Assembly (NCBI GenBank): GCA_029715105.1
Contig: CP085695.1
Coordinates: 540,001 to 572,000, forward strand
Length of the DNA: 32,000 bases
From: Candidatus Saccharimonadota bacterium
Lineage (GTDB): Bacteria > Pseudomonadota > Alphaproteobacteria > Rickettsiales > Anaplasmataceae
Direction of reading: 5' to 3'
The translations under genes were made by a program, and so were the position numbers. The notes beneath the pieces are model-generated. The model was not told the DNA's origin. It ran no database searches and saw only the letters and a list, made by a program, of their open reading frames with translations. Each line of letters begins with the position of its first letter. The stretch's first letter is position 1. Of this stretch, positions 1-13,236 are shown in pieces.

Positions 1-939
1 ATAGTAGATTCACCAGATTTACCACTTAATATCAGTAGAGAAATGCTGCAAAACAACCGAGTTATTGAACAAATTAGAAAATCTCTTACTAAACGAGTAA
101 TATCTGAACTTGGAAAAAAAGCAAAAGAAAATCTAGAAGAATATACAAAATTCTGGACAAATTTTGGTGCAGTTTTAAAAGAGGGTCTTTGCGAAGCTAT
201 GCCAATCGATGAAAGAGAAACACTATTATCAGTTTGTAGGTTTTATAGCACGAACGATACTAAACTAGTCAGTATCGATGATTACATAAACAAAATGAAG
301 CCAAAACAAGAATATATTTATTATCTCACAGGAAATAATTTGGATTCGGTAAAAAATAGCCCACAACTTGAGGGATTTATAAATAAAGGATTAGAAGTTC
401 TTCTTTTTATTGATCCAGTAGATGACTTTTGGACTAGTGTAATTCATGATTACAAAAATAAAAAATTTAAATCTGTAACTCGCGCAGATGTTGACTTAGA
501 AGGATTCAATTCGGAAAAAGAAAACAAAAAATCTGAGTTAATCGAAGAAAAAAATGAAGAAGATGTAAATTCTATATTAGAATATTTTACTAAAATTCTG
601 GGCAATTCAGTAAAAAGCGTAAAAATCTCCAAAAAGCTAACCGATAGTCCTGTATGTCTAGTAGTTGATGAAGGCGCAATGGACCTTAGAATGGAGCGCT
701 TCTTACGTGAACAAAAACAATTAAACTATCGTACTCCAAAAGTACTTGAAATCAATACTAAGCATCTCATAATAAAAAAAATAATGGAATCTTATAATAA
801 AAATAAGGAAAACCCAATACTAGAAAATATGGTTCACCTATTGTTCTATCAAGCTTGCATTGTAGAAGGCGAAGAAATGGATAATGCAAATCTATTTGCT
901 AAAAGGTTAAATAGTTTACTCAGCATAATTACCATCTAA
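1..939 (+). CDS. htpG: Molecular chaperone HtpG (Hsp90 family), C-terminal portion; the 5' end lies upstream of the window
   Basis: Frame 1 is open from base 1 (IVDSPDLPLNISREMLQNNRVIEQIRK...), matching the conserved Hsp90/HtpG DLPLNISRE-LQ motif. The listed ORF 43..939 only starts at the first in-frame Met. Stop is TAA at 937-939. Confidence 0.9.
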   Translation: MVDSPDLPLNISREMLQNNRVIEQIRKSLTKRVISELGKKAKENLEEYTKFWTNFGAVLKEGLCEAMPIDERETLLSVCRFYSTNDTKLVSIDDYINKMKPKQEYIYYLTGNNLDSVKNSPQLEGFINKGLEVLLFIDPVDDFWTSVIHDYKNKKFKSVTRADVDLEGFNSEKENKKSELIEEKNEEDVNSILEYFTKILGNSVKSVKISKKLTDSPVCLVVDEGAMDLRMERFLREQKQLNYRTPKVLEINTKHLIIKKIMESYNKNKENPILENMVHLLFYQACIVEGEEMDNANLFAKRLNSLLSIITI

Positions 940-1344
940 TATCATGGAGCTTTTTAAAGTTAATTCAAACTTAAATTTTTGTAATAAAAAGATTATCTCT
1001 TTTATAAAACTAACAATACTTTCTACATCAAAAACCATAAAAATCCACTAAGTACAAAATGCAAACTTCACACCCTTTAAAATCAAAAATTTAACTAAGC
1101 CTTTATCAATTGCTTTTTTAAAAACTGTTAAGCCATTACAAATTAAAATAATAAAAATAAATATTAATTCTTCTATAAATTTTTTATAGAAACACGATTA
1201 CACACTTAGCAAAGCATCTCGTGAAATTTTTATTTCAAAAATTATTAGCACCCCGTGGGTTTTAGCCCAAACCTTATTTAATATAAGATAAAACAATTTC
1301 ATTAAACGAATCACTCACAACCCCCTAATTGAACTAGATTTTTA

Positions 1345-1380
1345 TAGGGGTTTATAATACCCCCTAAACTTTTTTCTTTT
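1345..1380 (+). terminator. Candidate intrinsic terminator in the htpG/tal convergent spacer
   Basis: TAGGGG (1345-1350) and CCCCTA (1361-1366) form a 6-bp stem with a 10-nt loop, followed by AACTTTTTTCTTTT. This is one of the very few G/C clusters in the spacer. Confidence 0.3.
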
Positions 1381-1414
1381 AGATTATTTTTATCTATAAA
1401 AGAAATTAAATTCA

Positions 1415-2056
1415 TCATTTTGCATTCCAATCTCGTTCAAATATTACAAAACCACGCTCAGTAAGAGGATGATCAAGTAATTGTCTAAGTACCTTTGCTG
1501 GTAAAGTAATCGAATCAACTCCAAGTTTAGCGGCTTCTATTACATGCGTTGAATCCCTCACTGATGCAACAAGAATTTTAGTATCAAAACCATAATTAGA
1601 ATATATAGTACGTATATCCCTCACCATAGATAAGCCGCTACAACCTATGTCGTCAAGACGGCCAACAAAAGGAGAAACAAAACAAGCACCGACCTTAGCG
1701 GCAAGCAGTGCTTGTCCAGGAGAAAAACACAGTGTGATGTTAACAGATACTCTATGTTCTGTCCACAATTTTTTACAAGAAATTAATCCCTCATACGTAA
1801 GAGGCAATTTGACTACAACATTACCAGCAATTTTAGTTAACTTAAGACTTTCCTCAATTATATCTCTATAATTATTTGCTACAACTTCAACACTAACAGG
1901 CCCATCTATAATAGAACATATTTCACCTATTAAAATTTCATACTTATCTCTATATCCAGATTTTGCTATCAAAGAAGGATTAGTCGTTATACCACAAATA
2001 AACTCCCTTAATTCCTTAATTTCATCTAAATTAACACTATCAAGAAAAATTTCCAT
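1415..2056 (-). CDS. tal: Short-form transaldolase / fructose-6-phosphate aldolase family protein (TalC-like, 213 aa)
   Basis: MEIFLDSVNLDEIKE...GITTNPSLIAKSG at the N-terminus, the VVVKLPLT Schiff-base Lys context and the ~215 aa size are typical of the small transaldolase subfamily. Confidence 0.85.
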   Translation of the reverse strand: MEIFLDSVNLDEIKELREFICGITTNPSLIAKSGYRDKYEILIGEICSIIDGPVSVEVVANNYRDIIEESLKLTKIAGNVVVKLPLTYEGLISCKKLWTEHRVSVNITLCFSPGQALLAAKVGACFVSPFVGRLDDIGCSGLSMVRDIRTIYSNYGFDTKILVASVRDSTHVIEAAKLGVDSITLPAKVLRQLLDHPLTERGFVIFERDWNAK

Positions 2057-2099
2057 TATATAATATTACCCACCTCATAATCACAATATTAAATTCATA

Positions 2100-2450
2100 C
2101 TAATTAAAATAATAATTTAATTGCACATCTATTCCCTTTCTTTTTAAGGATTTCTCATTATGAATTATACGATTAAAAATTTGGATCTGATTACTAAAAA
2201 TAGTACAATCACTAGCTATAATCTTCATTATGCCACTACCAATCACAACCTTTTCCAGTTTTCTGTTCATCCTAATAACAACTATACCAGGTAATAAATA
2301 AATTAAATGAGAAGAATGATTAACCAAAACTACAAATTCTCCCTCAAGCCCATTTGCTGAAAGAGAAATCACTTTATCAAACAAAATCTGATTATTTGGA
2401 GAAATAAACTGTACTTGAAAAGTATTCATAAAAATTTTACCTTTAATCAT
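2100..2450 (-). CDS. atpC: F0F1 ATP synthase epsilon subunit
   Basis: Starts 7 nt downstream of atpD. FQVQFISPNNQILFDK...LEGEFVVLVNHSSHLIYLLPGIVVI fits the epsilon beta-sandwich domain. The ATG at 2429 (MNTFQVQ...) is an equally plausible start. Confidence 0.8.
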   Translation of the reverse strand: MIKGKIFMNTFQVQFISPNNQILFDKVISLSANGLEGEFVVLVNHSSHLIYLLPGIVVIRMNRKLEKVVIGSGIMKIIASDCTIFSNQIQIFNRIIHNEKSLKRKGIDVQLNYYFN

Positions 2451-2457
2451 ATAAAAT

Positions 2458-3897
<1,440 letters not shown>

Positions 3898-3994
3898 TTA
3901 ATATTTCGTTAAATACTCTCTAATCATAGAGCCTGAAAACTCTTTAAAAGATCTTATCTTATTAATAAAGATCTTGCAAATAATAAAATATTTA

Positions 3995-5086
3995 CTAATT
4001 ACGCTTTATTATAAAAAGTGCAAATGCATTTAAAAGCCATGTAATGATAAACAATACTAAACCAAGTGCATAAGCAGCAAGTGTCTGCACACTATTAAAA
4101 TCTTGATCACCTGTAAGTAAAGTGGTAATTTGTACAGTAATAGTAGTAACTGAATTTAAAGGATTAAAAGTTAAATTTGAATTAATACCAACAGCCATAA
4201 GCACAATCATCGTTTCTCCTATAACTCTCGAAACTGATAATAAAATTGCACTTAAAATTGTTGGCATTGCATAAGGTATTATTATATGCCATATAGTTTC
4301 TGCTGAAGTAGCTCCTAATGCCATAAAACCATAACGCAGACTTTTTGGAACAGATCTGATTGCATCTTCTAATAAAGAAATAATAGAGGGGAGAATCATT
4401 ATTCCTATCGATAAACCAGCGATTAAAGCACTTTCTGAATGTATATTCAAACCGAAAAAATTCGCCATTTCTTTTATGAAAGAAGATAAAAATACAACTG
4501 AAAAATATCCATATACAACCGTAGGAATAGCAGATAAAATCTGCAAAATTGTATTAATAATATAACGTATTCTACTACTTGCATATTCGCTAACATACAA
4601 TGCAGAAAATAAACCTAATGGAATAGCGATTAGCATTGCTATTATAGTTATAATTAATGTACCAACCAAAAGTGGAATTATACCAAAACATCCAATTTTC
4701 TCTCCATCAATAGTTACTACATTATAATTCCACTTTAAACAAAACAAAAATTCTGAAATTGCTACTTTTTTAAAAAAATCAATGGATTGAATAAGAATAA
4801 ATAGCATTATAAATAAAGTTATAAAAAATGATATCACTAGAGCAATAAATAGTAAAAAATTAATCATCTTATTTCTTATATTTTTGCGTATGAAAGCAAA
4901 TACAAAAAAAAATAATGCTATGTAAATATAAACCATAAAATAATTGTTGTAGAACAATAATAACCAAGTTAGTATTATCCACACACAACTGAGATATAAA
5001 TAAGATTTTACCTTATTCACTCTTTTAAAAGGAAATAAAAGAATTAATAGTATGGATATAAAAAAGACTATTACCAAAGAATTCAT
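3995..5086 (-). CDS. pstC: Phosphate ABC transporter permease PstC-like
   Basis: 363 aa polytopic membrane protein. The ABC permease EAA-type loop is LEDAIRSVPKSLRYGFMALGATSAETIWHIIIPYAMP. No pstS/pstA/pstB is adjacent. The N-terminal about 100 aa is an extra hydrophobic extension, so the start is uncertain. Confidence 0.8.
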   Translation of the reverse strand: MNSLVIVFFISILLILLFPFKRVNKVKSYLYLSCVWIILTWLLLFYNNYFMVYIYIALFFFVFAFIRKNIRNKMINFLLFIALVISFFITLFIMLFILIQSIDFFKKVAISEFLFCLKWNYNVVTIDGEKIGCFGIIPLLVGTLIITIIAMLIAIPLGLFSALYVSEYASSRIRYIINTILQILSAIPTVVYGYFSVVFLSSFIKEMANFFGLNIHSESALIAGLSIGIMILPSIISLLEDAIRSVPKSLRYGFMALGATSAETIWHIIIPYAMPTILSAILLSVSRVIGETMIVLMAVGINSNLTFNPLNSVTTITVQITTLLTGDQDFNSVQTLAAYALGLVLFIITWLLNAFALFIIKRN

Positions 5087-5154
5087 CTACCGAATCCTAA
5101 TTTTTAAGAAAATATAAATATAAAAATATCGAAATAAAATAATAGAACCATTAT

Positions 5155-5182
5155 TTGACAATAAAGTAAAATAAATTAAAAT
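5155..5182 (+). promoter_or_regulatory. Candidate sigma-70-type promoter for rpmH-rnpA (TTGACA-N16-TAAAAT)
   Basis: TTGACA at 5155-5160, a 16-nt spacer, and TAAAAT at 5177-5182, about 24 nt upstream of the rpmH ATG. This is a sequence match only, and -10-like hexamers are common in AT-rich DNA. Confidence 0.3.
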
Positions 5183-5205
5183 AACTAATTGTAGTTGCAA
5201 AAACA

Positions 5206-5340
5206 ATGAAAAGAACTTTTCAACCAAAAAATTTAATAAGAAAACGTAGACATGGTTTTCGTTTACGCTCCTCAACAAGAGCTGGAAGAAAAATTCTTAA
5301 CAGACGTCGCTTGCTAGGATGTAAAAAACTGTGTGCGTAG
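5206..5340 (+). CDS. rpmH: 50S ribosomal protein L34
   Basis: 44 codons, so below the ORF-track cutoff: [44 protein letters not shown], stop TAG at 5338-5340. This is the canonical L34 sequence, in the usual position upstream of rnpA. Confidence 0.92.
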   Translation: MKRTFQPKNLIRKRRHGFRLRSSTRAGRKILNRRRLLGCKKLCA

Positions 5341-5702
5341 TTAAATTACTAAGCATAAAAAAAAAAGAGTTTTCGTTTGCTTTTAAAAGAAAACTTCTAC
5401 ATAAAAATCTCTTTTGCCGAGGTGTGTATGTGTCACTTTATGCTATAAAAGAAGAAGAACCGAAAAAGTATATTCACAACACTATTAGGTTTGGTTTAGT
5501 TATTAGTAAGAAAACTGCAAAAGCAGTAAAAAGGAATAAAATTAAAAGACAACTAAGATCGATTATTAGATTAAGCCTAAACGTAAAAAACATAGGATAC
5601 TATTATATAGTATCAACTTATAAAAATGTTACACAAGCAAATTATAAAAGTTTACAAAAAGACCTAGCTATTTGTTTCAAACAAATAGATAATAATTTTT
5701 AA
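5331..5702 (+). CDS. rnpA: Ribonuclease P protein component
   Basis: 123 aa with the basic RNase P motif region [19 protein letters not shown]. It follows rpmH. The frame contains no Met codon, so GTG at 5331 is the only sensible start, and it overlaps rpmH by 10 nt. Confidence 0.8.
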   Translation: MCVVKLLSIKKKEFSFAFKRKLLHKNLFCRGVYVSLYAIKEEEPKKYIHNTIRFGLVISKKTAKAVKRNKIKRQLRSIIRLSLNVKNIGYYYIVSTYKNVTQANYKSLQKDLAICFKQIDNNF

Positions 5703-5962
5703 TTTGTTTATAAATTTCTATAAAACAAAATAGAAAAAACACATAAATAAATTAAAGAGTTAACAAAACAAATATTATAAAACTACAGACAAAATATAAC
5801 ACATAAATATGTATATTATAAATACAAATTAGCTCCTTCACCATAAAACGAACTAAAAATAAAAATTTTCGACCTCTTTCTCTTCTGATAAATAGAAATA
5901 AAACAACAACTACTCTGTCATAAAATAGAGAACAATACAATCCCAACAAAAGACTTTTATAA

Positions 5963-6071
5963 ACTTGGCAGCGACCTACTCTCCCTTTGCAAGTACCATC
6001 AGCGCTAAAAAGTTTCACTTCCGAGTTCGAAATGTGATCGGGTGTTTCATTTTTGCTATAGCCACCAAGCT
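5963..6071 (-). rRNA. rrf: 5S ribosomal RNA
   Basis: The reverse complement reads GCTTGGTGGCTATAGC...TCGAACTCGGAAGTGAAAC...GGGAGAGTAGGTCGCTGCCAAG, with terminal helix I complementarity. It lies about 50 nt downstream of the 23S. Ends are accurate to about 5 nt. Confidence 0.88.
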
Positions 6072-6123
6072 AATAAAAATCTCTAAACATTAATATTGAA
6101 CACTGCATATACACACATATAAA

Positions 6124-8920
<2,797 letters not shown>

Positions 8921-9030
8921 ACTCATATACGTAGAATATATGCAGAGTTAAATATTATTGAAATTAAATTGAGATCAATAAATCTCTACCATAAAACTTT
9001 TCAAACATCTAAAATAAAATCACTCTCTAC

Positions 9031-9059
9031 ATGCTAAAAGCTGACAAACAATATGTCAA
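9031..9059 (-). promoter_or_regulatory. Candidate promoter for the 23S-5S transcription unit (TTGACA-N17-TAGCAT on the minus strand)
   Basis: The minus strand reads AAAAAGACA-TTGACA-TATTGTTTGTCAGCTTT-TAGCAT-GTAGAGAG. The predicted start is about 100 nt upstream of the mature 23S 5' end and upstream of the processing-stem arm at 8937-8949. This is a sequence match only. Confidence 0.25.
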
Positions 9060-9766
9060 TGTCTTTTTTATATAAAATTCGCATAATTAATAGCAATTAA
9101 ATTAAATAAATGCTTAATATACCAAATAAAAAAGTCATTTTGTAGAGTAAGGATTATTGCACAAAATAACAAAAACCTTTAATAGCTCTACACTATATTA
9201 AAATAAATTATTTAATCAATTTTTTGTCTATAGAACAAATATACTACTTACAAATATAATAAAATTTATATAAAAATTGCTTTTAAAACTAGTATGTTTA
9301 AACTACAGTAAAGTATCAACAAAATATAAAACACAACCTTGTCATAGAAGTCGTTATGAATTTTATCTGCAAATTAATTAACAAATATTAAAATTAAACA
9401 ATTTATTACAAAGTAGCATGACCATTTCTACAAAAAATAATATCGTTTTTAAAAAATCTAACTGCTAAACACTAATACCGAAATCGGTTTATATCATTTC
9501 TATAAAGGTCATTATCAGATATAAAACTGAGATTTTAGCTTATTAGTAGTATATTTTACTCTAATTTATTAAAAATCTAGTACAACTCCATTGAAAAATA
9601 TTACCTCTTGTAACCGGAAACATGACAAAACACATAGCTACATAAAAACATTTAAAACTAGATAATAATCACGAAGAATGTAAAATAAAATAAAGAAAAA
9701 TGATAAACCCAATATCAATTGCAAGATTACCTAAAAATTCTATAAAACAATATTTTAATTATACTT

Positions 9767-10345
9767 ATGAATTTTGTTGAACATTTGTTAATCTCTAAAC
9801 AATATAGAGGACACAAACTTGTACATGTGGTAATTATAAAAATCTTTAACGATAACTCTATATTTCTATGCTCAAAGACTTGATCTTAGCTGCGGAACTG
9901 GAAATATGTAATAAATTTCTTTAAAACTGGTAATATTACAGGAATTGACATTTCAAATAAAATGTTAAATATTGCCAGAAAATACTTTATAAAAAGTAAA
10001 CCTGTTTACAATGAATTAATAAACATGGAAATGACAGATTTTCTTAAACAGAAAAGAAATCATTTGTATGATATCACTTTTACTGAGGTGTTACATCATC
10101 TATGTAACTTCCGAATAGAATTAGAACTAGCAAAATCTATTAATATAAAAGAAACAATAATACGCTTATTAAGAAAAAACAAAAACGATGGCAATAATAA
10201 ATTTATAAATAAAGAATACTTTTGTCACTCAGAAAGTTATATTCAACAAATTGCAAAAAATAAATATGCAAATAATTTATATATGAGTTATTGTAAAATA
10301 TATGAAAGTCAAATTAATGGTATTCTATACGAACTACACCTATAA
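9767..10345 (+). pseudogene. Degraded class I SAM-dependent methyltransferase (frameshifted; only the distal 127-codon ORF 9962..10345 remains open)
   Basis: The Gly-rich SAM-binding motif LDLSCGTGNM is at 9879-9908 and runs into TAA at 9909. The expected continuation VINFFKTGNITGIDISNKMLNIARKY...YDITFTEVLHHL is in a different frame. A possible N-terminal piece (ATG 9767, MNFVEHLL...) ends at TGA 9881. Confidence 0.5.
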
Positions 10346-10409
10346 AAAAATCAAGAAGTCAATCTTAAAATCATTACTACTTAATGGAGTAGAATAAGAG
10401 GAATTTTAT

Positions 10410-12191
10410 ATGATAAATATCATTATTAATCACAAAAAAAACAGTAATCTAACTAGTTTTGGAAAAGCAATTCTCTCAGATAGATATTTAATAGAAAATG
10501 AAAGTTATCAAGATCTTTTTATGCGCATTTCTAATTATTATTCTGATAATAAAGAACATGCACAACGCCTTTATGATTATATGAGCAACTTATGGTTTAT
10601 GCCTTCAACACCAATACTTAGCAACGGTGGTACTAAAAGAGGATTACCTATTTCTTGTTTCCTTAATGAAACTGAAGATAGTTTACATGGAATAGTTGAT
10701 TTATGGAATGAAAACGTTTGGCTTGCTGCACGTGGAGGCGGAATAGGTAGTTATTGGGGAAATCTACGTTCAATTGGTGAAAGTGTAAAATGTAGTGGTA
10801 AAACATCTGGAATCATACCATTTATTGTAGTACAAAATGCATTAACACTTGCAATTAGCCAGGGATCTTTAAGGAGAGGAAGCTCAGCAGTCTACCTTCC
10901 AGTATCACACCCAGAAATAGAAGAATTTCTCGATATACGTAAACCAACAGGAGGAGATCCAAATCGTAAAGCACTAAATATACATCATGCAGTAATAGTA
11001 AATGACAAATTTATGCAGGCTGTTGAGAATGGTCAAAAATGGAATTTGATCAGTCCATATAATAATAAAATTATTTCAACTGTTAAAGCGCGTGATATAT
11101 GGATAAAAATATTAACAACAAGAGTTGAAACTGGAGAACCTTACATTATTTTCCTTGATACGATCAATAACAATAAACCAGAACCTTACAAAAAACTAGA
11201 TTTAAAAATAAAAATGTCAAATCTATGTAGTGAAATTACTTTAACTACAGGTTACGATCATTTAAATAAATCTCGCACTGCAGTGTGCTGTCTTTCATCT
11301 GTAAATCTTGAATACTATGAAATATGGAAAAATAATAAACTTTTCATAGAAGATATAATGCGATTTCTTGATAATGTATTAGAAGATTTTATAAAAAAAG
11401 CACCAATTGAAATACAACGAGCAAAATATTCTGCAACAAGAGAGCGCAGTATTGGTCTTGGCGTTATGGGTTTTCATTCATTTTTGCAAAGTAAAATGGT
11501 TCCATTTGAGTCAATAGCAGCACAACAATGGAATAAAAAGATATTTAGATATTTACGCAAACAAGCAGATATTGCTTCTAAAAAATTAGCAGAAGAAAGA
11601 GGGGCCTGTCTTGATGCCAAGGAAATTAACTTAATGGAAAGATTCACCCATAAGCTCGCTATCGCTCCCACTGCATCGATCTCAATTATTGCAGGTAATA
11701 CCTCACCAGGAATAGAACCATATGCAGCAAATGTATTTACACAAAAAACATTAACAGGCTCATTTGTGGTACGGAACAAATTTTTACAAAAGCTATTAGC
11801 AAAAAAAAATCAAGATACTGATAAAATATGGTCCTCAATTTCAACAAATGAAGGCTCCGTACAACATTTAGATTTCTTTAGCGAATACGAAAAATCAATA
11901 TTTAAAACAGCTTATGAACTTGATCAAAGATGGATTATAGAACATGCAAGTGATAGAATGCCTTATATTTGCCAATCTCAATCAGTAAATTTATTTCTAC
12001 CTGCTAATATACATAAACGTCATTTGCACAGAATACATATGCTTGCTTGGAAAAAGGGTTTAAAAAGTCTATATTATTGTAGATCACAATCAATGCAAAG
12101 AGCTGATAAAGTTTCACACAACATACTAAAAAAAAATAAAATACAAAAAAAAGTAGATATTAATTATGATGAGTGTTTATCATGTCAGTAA
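10410..12191 (+). CDS. nrdA: Ribonucleoside-diphosphate reductase, alpha (large) subunit, class I, short form
   Basis: 593 aa with the active-site block MSNLCSEITL and the C-terminal redox pair CLSCQ. A good RBS (AAGAGGA) sits 7 nt before the ATG. No N-terminal ATP-cone is present. Confidence 0.95.
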   Translation: MINIIINHKKNSNLTSFGKAILSDRYLIENESYQDLFMRISNYYSDNKEHAQRLYDYMSNLWFMPSTPILSNGGTKRGLPISCFLNETEDSLHGIVDLWNENVWLAARGGGIGSYWGNLRSIGESVKCSGKTSGIIPFIVVQNALTLAISQGSLRRGSSAVYLPVSHPEIEEFLDIRKPTGGDPNRKALNIHHAVIVNDKFMQAVENGQKWNLISPYNNKIISTVKARDIWIKILTTRVETGEPYIIFLDTINNNKPEPYKKLDLKIKMSNLCSEITLTTGYDHLNKSRTAVCCLSSVNLEYYEIWKNNKLFIEDIMRFLDNVLEDFIKKAPIEIQRAKYSATRERSIGLGVMGFHSFLQSKMVPFESIAAQQWNKKIFRYLRKQADIASKKLAEERGACLDAKEINLMERFTHKLAIAPTASISIIAGNTSPGIEPYAANVFTQKTLTGSFVVRNKFLQKLLAKKNQDTDKIWSSISTNEGSVQHLDFFSEYEKSIFKTAYELDQRWIIEHASDRMPYICQSQSVNLFLPANIHKRHLHRIHMLAWKKGLKSLYYCRSQSMQRADKVSHNILKKNKIQKKVDINYDECLSCQ

Positions 12192-12679
12192 AAATATATA
12201 AAAATCACTATGAATTTTCAAAATCTATTCCAAAAAATAAATGTATAATGTGCCTAGATATGGGGATGAAACGAATAGGTATAGCATTTAGTGACAAGAC
12301 ACAACTTATAGCTACAGCTCATAACGTATACCATAGAAAAAATATAAACAAAGATCTTGGATATTTAAATAGGATTCTAAAGGAGAATAAAGCTGGATCA
12401 ATGGTAATAGGATTACCATTTGAAATAGAGAAACAAAAAAGTGAATGGAGTGAAACAATAATTCATTTTGCAAATAAATTAATAAAAAAATGCAAAATAA
12501 ATATTTATTTTCAGGATGAAAGTTTATCGACATCTATCGCTATTCACGCATTAAAAACTACTGGAATATCAATAAAAAAATCAAAAAAAATAAATGATAA
12601 AATTGCTGCATGCATTATTTTACAACGAACATTAGATAAAATAAACAATAGTAAAAATTTTTTTACAAATCTTCTCTAA
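12173..12679 (+). CDS. ruvX: Holliday junction resolvase-like / pre-16S rRNA nuclease RuvX (YqgF family)
   Basis: CLDMGMKRIGIAFSD (the GxDxGxxRxG-type motif) and MVIGLPFEIEKQKSEWSE...FQDESLST are typical of YqgF. The start is uncertain (12173, 12182 or 12248). The longest form overlaps nrdA by 19 nt. Confidence 0.8.
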   Translation: MFIMSVKIYKNHYEFSKSIPKNKCIMCLDMGMKRIGIAFSDKTQLIATAHNVYHRKNINKDLGYLNRILKENKAGSMVIGLPFEIEKQKSEWSETIIHFANKLIKKCKINIYFQDESLSTSIAIHALKTTGISIKKSKKINDKIAACIILQRTLDKINNSKNFFTNLL

Positions 12680-13180
12680 AAGTCTAACGAAAATTTCGTA
12701 TACAAATGTTAACTTAAAAACCAATAAATTAAACTCTCTTTTATCATTTCCTTAGTAAACTAAAATCAAAGATGCATCTATAAATCCCTTATTTAAAAGT
12801 TTTACATTTATAATTAAAACTTAATATCTTTTTAAGTGTTTTAACGAAGTAGGGTAAAGTCTTTAACTTCATACAAAAAAAATTTTAAATACAAAATTCT
12901 ACTCTACTAATATATTATATAATAAATACACAGTCATTAATTATTTTAAAACCCTTAATCTTAATTAAGATTAAGCACAATCAAAATAAAACCAAGAAAT
13001 TAAAGCATAATTATTATTTCTCATCAACTTTCTTTTTTTACTCCTCTATCTCCGCATCTTTTCATCTATAAATCTTCTTCTTAATGCAAACCACTCACAA
13101 AGCGCCCCCCGATATATAATATAATCAACAAAATTATATCAAAAAATACAATTTCTCGTCGACTTGTGCTACTTTTAGCA

Positions 13181-13219
13181 TAACAAAACTAAAAACGACA
13201 AATTATCCTAAGTTTTTAG
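13181..13219 (-). terminator. Candidate intrinsic terminator after plsY
   Basis: An 8-bp inverted repeat, CTAAAAAC (13189-13196) and GTTTTTAG (13212-13219), with a 15-nt loop. On the minus strand it is followed by TTTTGTTA and starts 17 nt past the plsY stop. The stem is AT-rich and therefore weak. Confidence 0.3.
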
Positions 13220-13236
13220 AATGATTTAATTACTAT

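Noticed and set aside
5087-5278. 63-aa ORF on the minus strand directly upstream of pstC.
   Set aside because: It is antisense to rpmH and its promoter region and has a low-complexity I/L/F/Y composition. The real feature here is the unlisted 44-codon rpmH on the + strand.
5752-6018. 88-aa ORF on the minus strand.
   Set aside because: Its 5' part overlaps the 5S rRNA, and the remainder is low-complexity translation of AT-rich spacer. No RBS or homology was recognisable.
9962-10345. 127-aa ORF treated as an intact hypothetical protein.
   Set aside because: Its sequence is the distal two-thirds of a class I methyltransferase whose SAM-binding motif lies upstream in another frame. I therefore call the locus a pseudogene, although expression of the truncated ORF cannot be excluded.
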